Source of the DNA: Euglena gracilis
Taxonomy: Eukaryota
NCBI GenBank assembly: GCA_039621445.1
Contig: CP154954.1
Location: 27,865,735-27,929,734 of the forward strand
Direction of reading: 5' to 3'
Length of the DNA: 64,000 bases
Every line of letters starts with the position of its first letter. Within the stretch, counting starts at the first letter, position 1. A program made the translations under genes and the position numbers. The notes under the pieces were generated by a model. It had not been told where the DNA came from, did no database searches, and saw only the letters and a program-made list of their open reading frames with translations. Below, piece after piece: positions 1 to 11,500 of the stretch.

Positions 1-1528
1 AGGGAAGGCGTCTCGGAAAGTTTGAAGTTCTGCATTCACCTCTTGAAGGCTCGCCAGCAATCTGTGCCGAACGAAGTTTTCTTGAAGTCCCCTGGAGACA
101 GGGATTGTCGGTCTTTCCATGGTGGCCAGACGGAAGTAGATGGGTCCTGGTTGTGTTTGGACGTCACCATGGGTGGTGATTCGTTCCCCCCTTCAAGTCG
201 GCTGGTGTCCTGCTGAAAACTTTTCCCGGGTTTGTTCTGCCGTGTATCCTCGGCTTGTTACGGAGTGTACTTTTGCTATCTCAGTAGATGGAAATACTGT
301 GGCTGAAAAAAACAGGGCAGGTTTCCCTGTGGTGCAAGCACCAACCTGCCGAGGCAGTGATGGTTTCAATGTCACACAAAGTGCATTTCAGTCAGTATGT
401 AGCTTTGGGAAGAAGTGATTGGGAGGAGCCATCGGGGCCTTTCCGCAACGGTAGTTCGGCCTTGATCCGAAAGAAATCAGTCATGTTCATGGCAACAAGT
501 TGGTCCAATAGATCCATGACTTCACCACAGGGGCCATTAACTGCCGTCAGCGGGCCTGGATTGGTTTCCACATCACCCATTGTTGTCAGGGAATCACCTC
601 GCCCCGTCTTCAGAAATGCGTCTTCCGGATTCTTCCCCCCGTGTGGGCTTGCAGAGCGGGGGTGTATGTTGCCGACTGTTTCTGCCATGTGGAATTTTTT
701 TTGTGCCAGCACAAGAGTAATAGTCCGACAGGGAGTCATTTGAGTCATCAAGATCGCTGGCGGTCCATACAGACGGGGAAAGACGATCAGCCAATCCAAC
801 CTCACACGCAAACTGTAACGGTCTGGGCATGTCTTCCATCTGCCAAATTCTTGGGCAGTATCGCCAGGCAATGGGCAGGGTTGGTTCTCGGGAGGGTGTC
901 AGCCTCTTCTTTGTCCTCGGGGGGCAGACTGCTTCTGCTGCAGGCACTTTTTGTTTGATTTTTTGTGCGATAGCTCGGCGTACTTTATCTATGTGCGACA
1001 TGTCCACTCCTTCCTCACGTTGTTCCTCTGGTCGGTATTGATGAAGAATCTGGGCGATTCTGATCCGTTCCAGGATGAGGTTCTTTTTTGGTGGGGGGGG
1101 GGGGCGATTGCACAACGTTTGGCGCTGCCAGTGGCAACGTGAGTTTCATGTCTGTGTGCACCATTTTTTGTGACTGCCGAATGTCCACTGTTCTGCCGAT
1201 GTCGACCCACTTTTCCTGAATAATGGCCAGTTTTCTGGCAACCATCTCGTGAAATAAAATGCCTCCTGCTTGCTGTCTCATGCGCCTTCTCCAAAAAAAT
1301 TCTTCCCTGAGGGACCGAAACTCTGGTGTTTCCCAAACTGGGACCCCTTCAAGGGGGGTGTTGGGTGGGGAGGCTGGTAAATCTGTTGCCTGGGGGGGGT
1401 CTTGCCATTGAAAGGGGCTGGGTTCCTCCTGCAGGATCACTGTGCCCAGTTTGGCCCACTGTGTGCCATCAAACGTGGTGGGTTTTGTTGGAATTTTAAA
1501 AATGCGAAACGGTGGACCTGGCCCCCAG
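1..1528 (-). pseudogene. Unit D continuation: broken ORF with two 2A-like motifs, runs off the window
   Basis: GRGDSLTTMGDVETNPGP (551-604) and *RGERITTHGDVQTQPGP (142-192). Same motif type as in unit B; no RT within the window. Confidence 0.55.
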
Positions 1529-1957
1529 TGTACGTCCCACCCCGGCTTTTCTACTTAAGGTTTTCCCCTGAAAAGCCCGTGGGGGGAGTAACAATAAAGT
1601 TTGCTTCCCTTTTCACCTTTTGAATGCAAAGCACACAAGCAGAAGAATTGGTGGGACCGCAGTCCCTTATATGATTGTGACTTTTGCTCTTTGGAGCTTT
1701 GTAAAAGAAAGAAAGAAAACTTCTATTCAAATGGGACTTCGCCCTCAGAATTCTAAAACAGAATTGCAAAGCACCAAACCCTGTAACCTTGAATTAGGAA
1801 CCAGTTACTTTCGCTAAGCGTTCGCTAGCTCCGAGATTCTCTCTTTGTCTTATGGTTTTAACCATGCCACTGTGTACGGCCCGGCCGTAGCCAGGTTGTA
1901 GGCCGTAGCCCCTTGTATCTGGTACACAGTGCCATGGCAGTATGGCTGCCTTGTACA
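1529..1957 (-). repeat. 3' LTR
   Basis: Direct repeat of 19008-19436, preceded on the minus strand by the polypurine tract. Confidence 0.93.
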
Positions 1958-1970
1958 CATCCCCCTCCCA
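1958..1970 (-). promoter_or_regulatory. Polypurine tract (TGGGAGGGGGATG)
   Basis: Purine run directly abutting the 3' LTR on the sense strand. Confidence 0.8.
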
Positions 1971-2342
1971 GGGCTCTGCCCGATTTCCCTTCTGGACCAG
2001 GCCAGTCGGGATGCCAGGCACAGTCCCAGGTTCAGGGAGACAGTACCAGGATACCATGGTCCGGTTCCCAATTACGGTTACCTTGTTTGGAGCACAAAGC
2101 GCAAAAGAATTCTGACGCGCATGCTGTGCTTTGTGCGTCTTCTTACTTGACACCGTAGTGTCCTTGTGGTCTTGAATCTTCGCGATCAACATGTTATCCA
2201 CCGAACTTAAGGCGATTCCGCCATTGTGTCTTGGGACGGCGTTGAAGGCGATGATGAAATGCGTATACACGCTCGAGACTTCGCTCATTGTTTGGGACTA
2301 CGCCCATTTCAGCCGAAGCTGATTGTACGAGACAGGAAACCC

Positions 2343-5300
2343 TCAACGTTTGTGGGTTTCCTTGAAGTACTCACCCATGTGTGGGTCTTGTACCAAGGTC
2401 ATTTCGGTTGGACGTAGGTCCAGGGTATCCTTGTCAGGATTATCCATGTCAATCCTGGGGATAACCCAACTTTTGACTTCTTGTATCTCCTTGGGAAGTT
2501 CTGTTCTGAGCGTTTCAGCTCGCTTGTGGAGGTAAATTTGCAAGTTTTCCCAGAAAACTCTCGGAAAAGTTGCAGGCCAAATGTAGTAGTTCCATCTTGG
2601 ATGATTTGCTGGTACCTGTGGTGGCATGCCAGGCATAGCGTTGAAATCAACGTTATGCACGCGGGATGCACAGGCACAACGGGTTATATGGGGTTTCAGA
2701 ATGGAGCCAACCCATTCTGAATAGTGTTCGTATCCATGTCGTTCTGGTGGGTACTCAGGGAGTAACCAACGTTGTGTGGTTTCAGAAACCGTTGAAGGCT
2801 TTGTAAACAGTGGGTAGATGACGTGTTTCCAGTCGTCATCATTGAACAGCAGGGGCAATCGCCCTTTTGTACATTCCACAGCCAGTCTGATTCCGCCGGA
2901 ATCAGTTTGGAAGTCAAAGGCGATTCCGCCGCGCTCAAAAGCATCAGCTTTCTTGAAACTTTTGAATTGGTACATTTGTCGTTTCGATTTGTAGTAGTTC
3001 AGGAAATCTTCAAGAACTTCCTCGTTTCCGGGTACGATCTTGAGATTTCCGCCATCTGCGGGCAACCATATGTCTGCCCGTAGGCAGTTGACACAGAAAA
3101 CTGGTACGTCACGGTCTCTGTCCTCTTCCGACCACCGGAAGTTGTTCAGTTTTCTCCAGGCAAGCATACAATCACCACAAATCAGGGCGGCTGTGTTTGG
3201 CACGAATTCATTGTGGTGAAAGTTCTTCCGTTTGTTGTCTGCATAACAGACATGCACAGCGGGCATGCTGTTACGGATGTTGTGACAGACTGTACAGAGC
3301 CAGGTTGTTTGGCCATTCGGCCGATTGTCAAACAGGAATGTCTCCCCAAGGTATTGGGCAAACACTCTTGGTGATCTGGCATTGTAGAATCGCCAAATAT
3401 GTCGAATATAGTAATTGTACCTCTCTTCGTTGAAGAAAAGCGGTTGAATCCACTTGTTCAACAGTTGTCCGCGTTCGCGGGCTAATTGTATGTTGACAAT
3501 GCGTTCTCCGACGCTCGGCAGGTTGGAGATAATGTCTTCTTGCCAAAGTGTGGCATTATCATCAACCGGCATGTTGTCATCTTGTGAGGTCTCCGACGTT
3601 GTATCTTGTCGCGTTCTACCTCGAATGGTAGAAGTGACCCGGCTTTTCCCGGCCACTTCGGTATATGTCGGGGCTGGTGTGGTAGCGGCTGAGGTTTTCG
3701 CCTTCTTTCCTGATTTGCTACCACTCCCAGGCTGTGCTGGTTTTGGCTCGTTGTGTCGCTCAGCCGGTTTGCATGTTTCTGCAAGCTGAGGTTTGGCTTT
3801 GGACTTACTGCCTTTCTCTTTCCGCTGCGGCGGAAGAGGGCGTTCTGCAGGCGATTTTGGAGCAGGTTTGGCTGTTGGTGTGGTAGTAGTAGTGGTATTA
3901 GATGGTACGTGAGCAGCCGTCGGTACCACCTGTTCAGGTGTGTGTACCACTACGGGTGTTGTGTCATGTGCTGGCGTTTGTTCGACCGTAGTCGATTCGG
4001 TTGTTGTCACCGCTTCGGGTGTTTGGACATCAACCGCGTCTGCGGCCAGTGTTGTTGTCGAAGCCGGAGCTTCTTGTGTGGTTTCTTCGCCAAGTCCCGT
4101 GTCGCGGGGACTTCGCGTCGAAGAAGAAGACCTCGATCGCACCATTGCAACCATCGAGGCTACGCCACTTCGGACGCTACCGAGGACGCGTCCAGCGGCT
4201 CGTCCGACTTCAGGTGGTATAAGTACAAAGTCGTTTGGGTCTGTCCATCTTTCGGCCATTTCTTCGTCAGTGATTTCTCTTACGACTGGAGCATTTGCCC
4301 AGACGGAAGGAACCGTGTCTGACGAAGGTACAGGGGCTATTGTAGATTCCGAAGGCACTTCGGCCGTTGTGGCTATTGTAGGCCCTCCGGCCATTGGAGG
4401 TTCCGTGGGTGCCTCCGGTTCTGTTTCTGGTAATGGTGTTTGTGGTCGTTGCTGAACAGGCGTTGTGGGTGGCACTTCGGCCCTTAGAGCCTGTTGTACG
4501 CTACCTTCTCCGCTTTCAGAATCCGCAGATGCGGAGGAGACGGAGCGTGTGCTGTGTTCATTGTATGTCCCTTCTTCCATTTCCTCATCGTTGGATGACG
4601 CAGAAGAGGAAACGGATGAAGTGTCTGACGAGTGTACGGGAGTATGTTCCACAGGCATTGTAGGAGTAGGTGAAGGTGGGGGCAAACGTTCTGCCGAACG
4701 TTTGTTTGTAGGCTTCGCTGCGGCTTTGGGTGTTGTCGTTGTAGATGACGCAGCCATTATAGGTTGTTCAGCTGCAGACTGCGCTGCTTCGGACTCCGGC
4801 GGCTGGGGTTCAGGTTCAGGTTCAGGAAGTTTTATACGTGGTCGTAGACGGAAGTTTTGCCATCCGACAAATCTGTTTCCTCCCGATCCGCGAGGAAGCC
4901 AGTCCAGTATCGGGATGGCCAACCCATCCTTATTTGTACGTTTGCCCTTAAAAAATGGGGCAAAGTCCTCTCTTCGGAGGGTTTCGCCAAACAGACGTTT
5001 GATGTATTTTCGTTTTCCGTCTTCGTCCCATTGAGGCCGAAGAGGGAGGTATTCTTGTGGAAGTGATTGTTTTGGGTTGAGTAGATTGTAGATTTCCAGA
5101 GCATAGGACACCCATGCTCTCCATTGGAAGGTCTGCATATGCAGAAGCATTTGTCGGTGGTTTCGTCTGGCGTATCCGATTTCCCTGACTTCGAGGGGAT
5201 TGTGGCAGATGTGTCCGAGTAGTCTTCGTTGTTGTTGGGCCTCCGCCCATTCGCGTTGGTGGGGCTGCGCCCTTTGTGCATTTGGGCGGTCGGTTGTCCG

Positions 5301-6005
5301 ACCGCGCACGCCAAAGCCCCAGAAGTCCACGGGGAACTTGTGGTGGCAGTGGGTGCACCAAAGCACGAATTTTTGTGGGTATGTCAGGTCGATTCCGACC
5401 ACTTGGAAGTGTGGGCCGTAGTGTTCGTTGAGGAAAATTTGGTAATTGTAACAGAACATTTCGTGTGTGACCAATTGTATGTCCTTTGGAAGTGGGAATA
5501 CTTCCCATTGTATGCCTTGTGGTCCGATTTCTCGGATATTGTCGAACATTGTCTTCAGTGCGTCAAGGGATGATTCCCATCCGTATTGTAGCTTTGGATG
5601 TGGCAAGTAGTGCGCTTTGCTGGCCGGCATTGCAAATGAACCGAAGTTCAGGCAATGGAATCCAAGCCAGAAAAGTAGTTGCCAGAAACCCGGCAATTTG
5701 TCGATGCCATCCTGGCTTTCGTAACAGGAAATTGTACCGTCGAAGAAAAAGCCACGAGCTTTTTCCTTGTAAAGTCTGACCATATTGTGATGTACTTCGG
5801 GAGCAACAACCCAAGGGTGTTGTTCTTCGTAGTACTCGTGCATAATTGTATCACATCCGTCTGAAATCCAGAACAGATGGTCAATCATAAATTGTACGTC
5901 CAAGTCGTAACCAGGTGAGCCTTCGCTCTTTCCTTTGCCTTTCTGGCCTTTCTGTCCTTTTGCGGCTTCGCGCTCTTGTTCGTTCCAACGGTATGCACCG
6001 TCCTT
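2343..6005 (-). CDS. Extra ORF3, part b (~1220 codons; two aromatic-rich folded-looking regions with CxxC motifs flanking a T/P/S-rich linker)
   Basis: Same frame as part a, separated by one TGA (6006-6008). WCTHCHH, LCTVCHN, ICGDC and FCVNC motifs. Confidence 0.72.
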   Translation of the reverse strand, partial: KDGAYRWNEQEREAAKGQKGQKGKGKSEGSPGYDLDVQFMIDHLFWISDGCDTIMHEYYEEQHPWVVAPEVHHNMVRLYKEKARGFFFDGTISCYESQDGIDKLPGFWQLLFWLGFHCLNFGSFAMPASKAHYLPHPKLQYGWESSLDALKTMFDNIREIGPQGIQWEVFPLPKDIQLVTHEMFCYNYQIFLNEHYGPHFQVVGIDLTYPQKFVLWCTHCHHKFPVDFWGFGVRGRTTDRPNAQRAQPHQREWAEAQQQRRLLGHICHNPLEVREIGYARRNHRQMLLHMQTFQWRAWVSYALEIYNLLNPKQSLPQEYLPLRPQWDEDGKRKYIKRLFGETLRREDFAPFFKGKRTNKDGLAIPILDWLPRGSGGNRFVGWQNFRLRPRIKLPEPEPEPQPPESEAAQSAAEQPIMAASSTTTTPKAAAKPTNKRSAERLPPPSPTPTMPVEHTPVHSSDTSSVSSSASSNDEEMEEGTYNEHSTRSVSSASADSESGEGSVQQALRAEVPPTTPVQQRPQTPLPETEPEAPTEPPMAGGPTIATTAEVPSESTIAPVPSSDTVPSVWANAPVVREITDEEMAERWTDPNDFVLIPPEVGRAAGRVLGSVRSGVASMVAMVRSRSSSSTRSPRDTGLGEETTQEAPASTTTLAADAVDVQTPEAVTTTESTTVEQTPAHDTTPVVVHTPEQVVPTAAHVPSNTTTTTTPTAKPAPKSPAERPLPPQRKEKGSKSKAKPQLAETCKPAERHNEPKPAQPGSGSKSGKKAKTSAATTPAPTYTEVAGKSRVTSTIRGRTRQDTTSETSQDDNMPVDDNATLWQEDIISNLPSVGERIVNIQLARERGQLLNKWIQPLFFNEERYNYYIRHIWRFYNARSPRVFAQYLGETFLFDNRPNGQTTWLCTVCHNIRNSMPAVHVCYADNKRKNFHHNEFVPNTAALICGDCMLAWRKLNNFRWSEEDRDRDVPVFCVNCLRADIWLPADGGNLKIVPGNEEVLEDFLNYYKSKRQMYQFKSFKKADAFERGGIAFDFQTDSGGIRLAVECTKGRLPLLFNDDDWKHVIYPLFTKPSTVSETTQRWLLPEYPPERHGYEHYSEWVGSILKPHITRCACASRVHNVDFNAMPGMPPQVPANHPRWNYYIWPATFPRVFWENLQIYLHKRAETLRTELPKEIQEVKSWVIPRIDMDNPDKDTLDLRPTEMTLVQDPHMGEYFKETHKR

Positions 6006-8276
6006 TCAGTATGCTCGTGTTTTTCTCCACATTGTAACAGTTACACCAGCGGTGTAATGTCCAGCGGTGTCGTCGAAGGGCTTGTCTGGATGCATTAGAT
6101 GATGGATTTCTTGTAAAGATCGTTGTACGTTGGACGGGATCGGCAGGTCATCGTTGTCCTGACGATCTCGTTGCGCGTTCGCGCTTTGTGAGTTGTCGTC
6201 CAAACGACGACGTTGTGTGTCGGGCGTTGGACGTGTTTGTGGAGGTGTCGCAAACACCGGTCCACGCGGACGTTTGCGTGCGTCAACGTTGTAGGGTTTT
6301 GCTGGAGCTGTTAAATGTTGTAGAGCTTCCTTGTAAGTAGCGTGCTGTGCTGGCGACTGAAACCGAGGTTGACCCGAGAAAGGTTGTCCCGGTTCAACGG
6401 GTTGTGTCTGTCCAGCCGAAGCCGGTTGTGAAGGTACAGGTTGTGGAGCGGTCGTAACAGGAGGTACCCGTACAGGAATTGTAGATTGTGCGGGTGGTTT
6501 TGCGCGTGCCGACTGCGCGGCTTGAGCAGGGGGTCCTGTTCTTTGTATAGGTGTAGGTTGGTTTGAACCTGCTGCGGATGCGGCAGGCTGAGTGGCAGTC
6601 GATTGTGCAGTCGAAACTGCTTGTACCGGTGTTGTCTGTGGTGCCGGAGTAGGTTGAGCTACTGGCGGCACAAGGTTCGACGCAGAAGCGAGTTGTTCTG
6701 TTGGACCAGGTGGATGTGGGGGTGCATTCACACGTAAAACTTGGGGTAGTGCCCAGGTGGGAACACCCAAAATTTTGGCGTTTGGTCCCCTTCCATCCAT
6801 TATCACTCCTTGTACGTTGATGGTTCCCAAATAGGATCCCAGTTCGTAAATTTTGTCGAGTGGAAGGTATTGTTCGTTCTGAGTTGTGTAAGCAAAATCT
6901 CCAGATTGTGGCACTCGTTCATAGTGAATGTTGTCCACTACGGGATGCAGAGGGTGTTCTCCGACAACCCGTATCGCTGTCGGTTCCGGCAGCGGTACAG
7001 CGGAGGTTGTCGGCGGCTGTTGTGGCGAAGATTGTACAGGTTGCGGTGATTGTACAGCTTGTGGTGGTTGGGGTTGTACAGATTGTACGGGTTGTGGTGG
7101 TTCGTCTGTTTCCATGGTATACTCCGGCTCAGGTTCTGCCGTTGTATACTCGTCACATTCGGCCATTTCGGCCATTTCGTCGGTATATTGTTCGTCGTAT
7201 GGCTCTTCGGCCTCCATAGCGTATTGTGATTGTGTGTCAGCCTCCCAGTTCCGGGCAGGCGGTATGCGTGGGGGAGAAGAAAAACGTTGTTGCGGTAAAT
7301 ATATTGGTTCTTGCATTTGTACGTCACCCATCTCACTTTCTGTGAGTTCTGGAGTATAGCGGCGCATGTGTTCCGCGTAAGCACCCACTGGGTGCACTCC
7401 GCGGAGCACAGGCGGGACCAGGACTCCCAGGTCCCTGAGGGTTACATTGTCTGGAAATCCGGATTCTCCGGGTTGGAAGAAAATTCTGCCAGCTATCGTA
7501 CTCTGGGACCACATGTCCCAGGTGGCGATAGGTTTGTTGGCGATTGCAAGCAATTGTCGGCAGTAGGAATCCCACATCACTCGGATGAAGGGATCCGGTC
7601 TGTCCTCTGCGCACATGCGCAGAGCGTTCCGAATTGTATCTGTTGAAGCCGTTGTCAGTTCACCCATGTATTTGGGGAACCGAGGCATCACAGGAGCGGC
7701 ATACTGCCTTTGGGGTTCTGGTTGTGTGGCATACTGCCCTTGTGGAGGTTGTGCGGCATACTGCCCTTGCGACGGTTGAGCGGGGTAATAACGACTGCGA
7801 AGTTGTTCAGCCAGTCGTCGTTGTTCTGGCACCGCATACTGTTGTTCTACTGTCGCAAAAGCAGCGCGTTGTGCACTACTACTGGCCATATCGTATCTCC
7901 TGGGGGGCCGCGGTTGTGGCACCGCAAACTGTTCATAGGCAGATTCCGTTTGATGTGGAATCGTGGGTTGAGAGTGTAAGCCACCAAGTGTAGTTTGTTC
8001 TGGGGCAACATGCGGAATCGCATGTTGAGTTACAGGAGGATTGGCCACTACGGGCCTTGCTGCCGAAGGAGCTTGTACATGAAGGGCTGCCACTACGGGC
8101 CTTGCTGCCGAAGCAGCTTGTACATGTCCAACGGGGACTTGCTCTCCCCGAGGGAGTACAAGTCCTCGTCCTCCCGAAGGAGGTTGTGGGTAAGGAGGTC
8201 CTCCCGGAGGAGGTTGTCCAGGGGGAACATACGGTTGGGAGGATGGGGGACCAGGTCCCCTTCCTCCAGCATCCAT
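6006..8276 (-). CDS. Extra ORF3, part a (756 aa, P/Q/A-rich, unknown function)
   Basis: Long open frame inside the LTR element downstream of pol. Likely ATG at 8276 follows a polypyrimidine-CAG acceptor. Confidence 0.7.
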   Translation of the reverse strand: MDAGGRGPGPPSSQPYVPPGQPPPGGPPYPQPPSGGRGLVLPRGEQVPVGHVQAASAARPVVAALHVQAPSAARPVVANPPVTQHAIPHVAPEQTTLGGLHSQPTIPHQTESAYEQFAVPQPRPPRRYDMASSSAQRAAFATVEQQYAVPEQRRLAEQLRSRYYPAQPSQGQYAAQPPQGQYATQPEPQRQYAAPVMPRFPKYMGELTTASTDTIRNALRMCAEDRPDPFIRVMWDSYCRQLLAIANKPIATWDMWSQSTIAGRIFFQPGESGFPDNVTLRDLGVLVPPVLRGVHPVGAYAEHMRRYTPELTESEMGDVQMQEPIYLPQQRFSSPPRIPPARNWEADTQSQYAMEAEEPYDEQYTDEMAEMAECDEYTTAEPEPEYTMETDEPPQPVQSVQPQPPQAVQSPQPVQSSPQQPPTTSAVPLPEPTAIRVVGEHPLHPVVDNIHYERVPQSGDFAYTTQNEQYLPLDKIYELGSYLGTINVQGVIMDGRGPNAKILGVPTWALPQVLRVNAPPHPPGPTEQLASASNLVPPVAQPTPAPQTTPVQAVSTAQSTATQPAASAAGSNQPTPIQRTGPPAQAAQSARAKPPAQSTIPVRVPPVTTAPQPVPSQPASAGQTQPVEPGQPFSGQPRFQSPAQHATYKEALQHLTAPAKPYNVDARKRPRGPVFATPPQTRPTPDTQRRRLDDNSQSANAQRDRQDNDDLPIPSNVQRSLQEIHHLMHPDKPFDDTAGHYTAGVTVTMWRKTRAY

Positions 8277-8596
8277 CTTGAGAAAGAGCAGATAGTAGCG
8301 AGTACTGAGCTGTGGGGAAACAGAGAAGTAAGACATTCTATGGTAACATTGTACGCATGCAATCAAATGTGCACAAACACAAAAATATTTGTATGTTTGT
8401 ATCAATTGTAAAATCAAAATTGTAGCTCCAAGTGTAAAAGTACTTTGTATAGGACCGTAGTGCTTTAGCGAAAAGTCCTTCGCTAGGGACAAAATGGTTC
8501 GGCATCCGCCCATTATACATTTTGGCATCCGCCCATTATACATTTTGTCAAAAGTCCAGGCTATGGACAAAATCTTGGACATTTGTACATTATCCC

Positions 8597-11500
8597 TTAG
8601 AAGATGTTTACAGAAATGTCAATGTTGTTTCTTTTGTTCCATAGTTTCCAGTCTTGTTGGATGTAACCAACAAAACTAGTTGCAGGTTCCCAAGTGTCCT
8701 CTTCGGGACCATACCCTTTCCATCGTACTTTCCAGTAGTGTATACCCCTGTCCACTTTGTGGTCGAGGATTTTGTCGACGACAAAATCATCTGTTTCAGG
8801 CAGTTTTGACCGTGGTTTGAAGTAGAGACAGGGTATTGCTTTACCGTTCGGTGGAGTCAAGTATGGTTTGAAGTCATCCATGTGCACATCCTCAACCCCG
8901 TTGGGTAAAGCGACTTTGTAGCGCCCACTTGTACCCAACCGGTCGAGGATCTCACATGGCCCGATCCAGAGGGGGTCCAACTTCGTGGATTGCATGCGGG
9001 TTCTACTGTTCCGAACCCACACGCGGTCACCTGGGTTGTATATCGGTGATTTGTATTCTTGTAAGAATTGTTTTTGTTTTTGTAAATGTATAGCGACTAC
9101 GCGCTTTTGCACATCCGTGCGCAATGATTCTACTTCAGAGAACCATGTTTCGCAACTCACGCTAGAACGAGCGGGTCGTTCTGACGGGATGTCGCCGATG
9201 GCTGGGGGGTCTCGTCCGAAGACGATCTTGTACGGTGAGTATTGTAGTATTAACCCCGGTAAAGTGTTGATATAAAATAAACACCAGGGTAAGATTTGTA
9301 ACCAGGCATTGTGCGATTCGGCCAGTGAAAGTCGTAGCATATTGACTACAGCTTTCACTGCCGCTTCCGCGCGACCATTACCTTTTGGTCGGTAAATTAT
9401 AGAAAAATGCTGCTCAATTCCGAGTAAACCGCAAAGAGTTGTAAAAAATCGAGAAGAAATCAAATGATCTTGATCACTCACGATTTCATTCGGTAAACCC
9501 ATGAGGCAAATGCATTTTTCTAAAAACATTTGTGCCAAAACTTGTGCTGTCAACCCTGCTTTCTGGCATGGAATGGCTACAATGTACCCACTCAGCCGAC
9601 AGACGACAACTAGAATGTAGTCATAAATTTTGTCATCTGTTCCTTTGCAAGGTTCAAGTTCCAGAAAATCCATGCAGAGGGACGTAAAAATGTCATTTGG
9701 TACGGGGAAGAAATCCATCGTACCAGGGGGGGTACCTCTGCGCGGTTTCACAGCTTGGCAAATTTGGCACCGTTGTGAAATTTGTAAACAGCGCTTGTAC
9801 AATTCTTTTTCGGTGAGGGTTGTACAGTACCTGCGACCCACCAAAGAAAGAAGTTTGGGGGCCCCAGGGTGACCTTGGTTGTGATAACACAAAAGTACGT
9901 CATCAACCAAGTCACAGGGTATGCAGTACTTGTATCCGGTATCATTCCGAAAAATCAAACGTAAAGGCGATAAGGTGTAATTCTCAATCAATTCACCATT
10001 ACGCAATCTTTGTACGATATCATTGTAAAAATAATCTTTGGAATAATCCCATTCTCGAAAAAAGAGAGGGGATGGGGATTCTGATCGCGTGACCCGGCGG
10101 GGGCCCGGCATTCTGCCGCGTTGTCGTTTTCCCCGTACGGGGGCTATCGGCAACCGCCGCCAAATTCGCGAGACAGGAAAATTGTCGAGTAAGTTGTCAG
10201 CGGCGTCTGCGCGCCTTGCGTAATCGTCGGCTTCGCGACTTCCGTGAAACGTGGCATCACCCTCGTCAGGGTTACCAGGGTAATGCCAAGGTGCACGAGA
10301 GAGTGGGTCTGCGACTTTTTGAGTATGACCTGGTGTGTAAACTACCACCAGGTTGAACTGACTCAAAAATTCGTGCCAGCGGCATCTTCGGCCAACTGAG
10401 GACATGGCTTTGTTCAAGTCTTCGGTGTACCAGTGTTGGAGAGACTCATGGTCTGTCAACACTAGTATTTGTACGAGTGAACTGGCGACCCAACTTCGGA
10501 ATTTTTGTAAGATGAGGACAATGGCATACGTTTCCTTTTCTCGTATGCTCCATTTGACTTGTCCTTTACCGTCTTCACCTTGTAGTTTTCTGCTGAAGAA
10601 TGCTACAGGGCGCAATTCATTGGACGAGTTATGTTGACTCAACACACCGCCGACAGCATAGTCACTGCTGTCGACTTGCAGTACGTAAGGTTTGTACGGG
10701 TCAGCAATGTCAAGCACAACATTGTCCAACATCAGTTGTTTGATTGTCGTTAGCGATTCTCGCATCCTATCATCCCATTGTATCTTGGTATTGTCGGGAG
10801 CGCGATTTTTGAGTTGTCGAGTCAGTGGTACCGCGATTTTCGCGAAATCCTTCATGTAAATCGCGTAGTACTGTGCTAAACCCAAAAATCCTTTTAAATG
10901 GGTAATTGTTTTGATGTTTTCAGGTGTCCACTTCTTTATAGCTTCAAGTTTGCTTGGAGATGCTCTCCTTTGTCCGTTGTTAAGAATGTGTCCACAAAAT
11001 TTTATCGTTTCGCGAAACAAATGCATTTTCGCGCCTTTGACGAAAAGCAAGTGTTTTTGAAACGTTGTCAGTACGGATCGTATATCGCGGTAGTGAATAT
11101 TAAGGATATCACTACCTGAATTTGTAAGTGGAGGAGGTGTGCCTATCAGCACATCATCAATGTATACCATTGCGAATGGTAAATCTCGTAAAATCCATTG
11201 TATCATTCTTTGGAACATGGCTGGGCCATTCTTAACACCCATTGGTAACACCGTCCATTGGTAAACTCCATGGGAGGTTACAAATGCGGTGTATGGTTGT
11301 GAGTCAGGATGTAAGTGCATCTGGTGAAAACCATCCTCTAAGTCGAAAATGGACCAGAGGCGGTTTTCCGCTTGTTTTGTAATCAGGTCTTCAATAAGTG
11401 GTAACGGAAATGGATCGTCCTTTGTCTGTGAGTTTAAGTATCGGTAATCCAGTACAAGTCTCCACTTCTTCTGTCCAGAAGCATCGGGAGGCTTGGGTAC

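Noticed and set aside
1524-1528. Target-site duplication of the LTR element
   Set aside because: Left flank CCCAG versus right flank CCCCC (19437-19441) do not match and both flanks look low quality, so no TSD is claimed.
3454-5034. Long plus-strand ORFs opposite ORF3, and similar ones opposite the RT ORFs
   Set aside because: Antisense shadows of biased-codon coding sequence.
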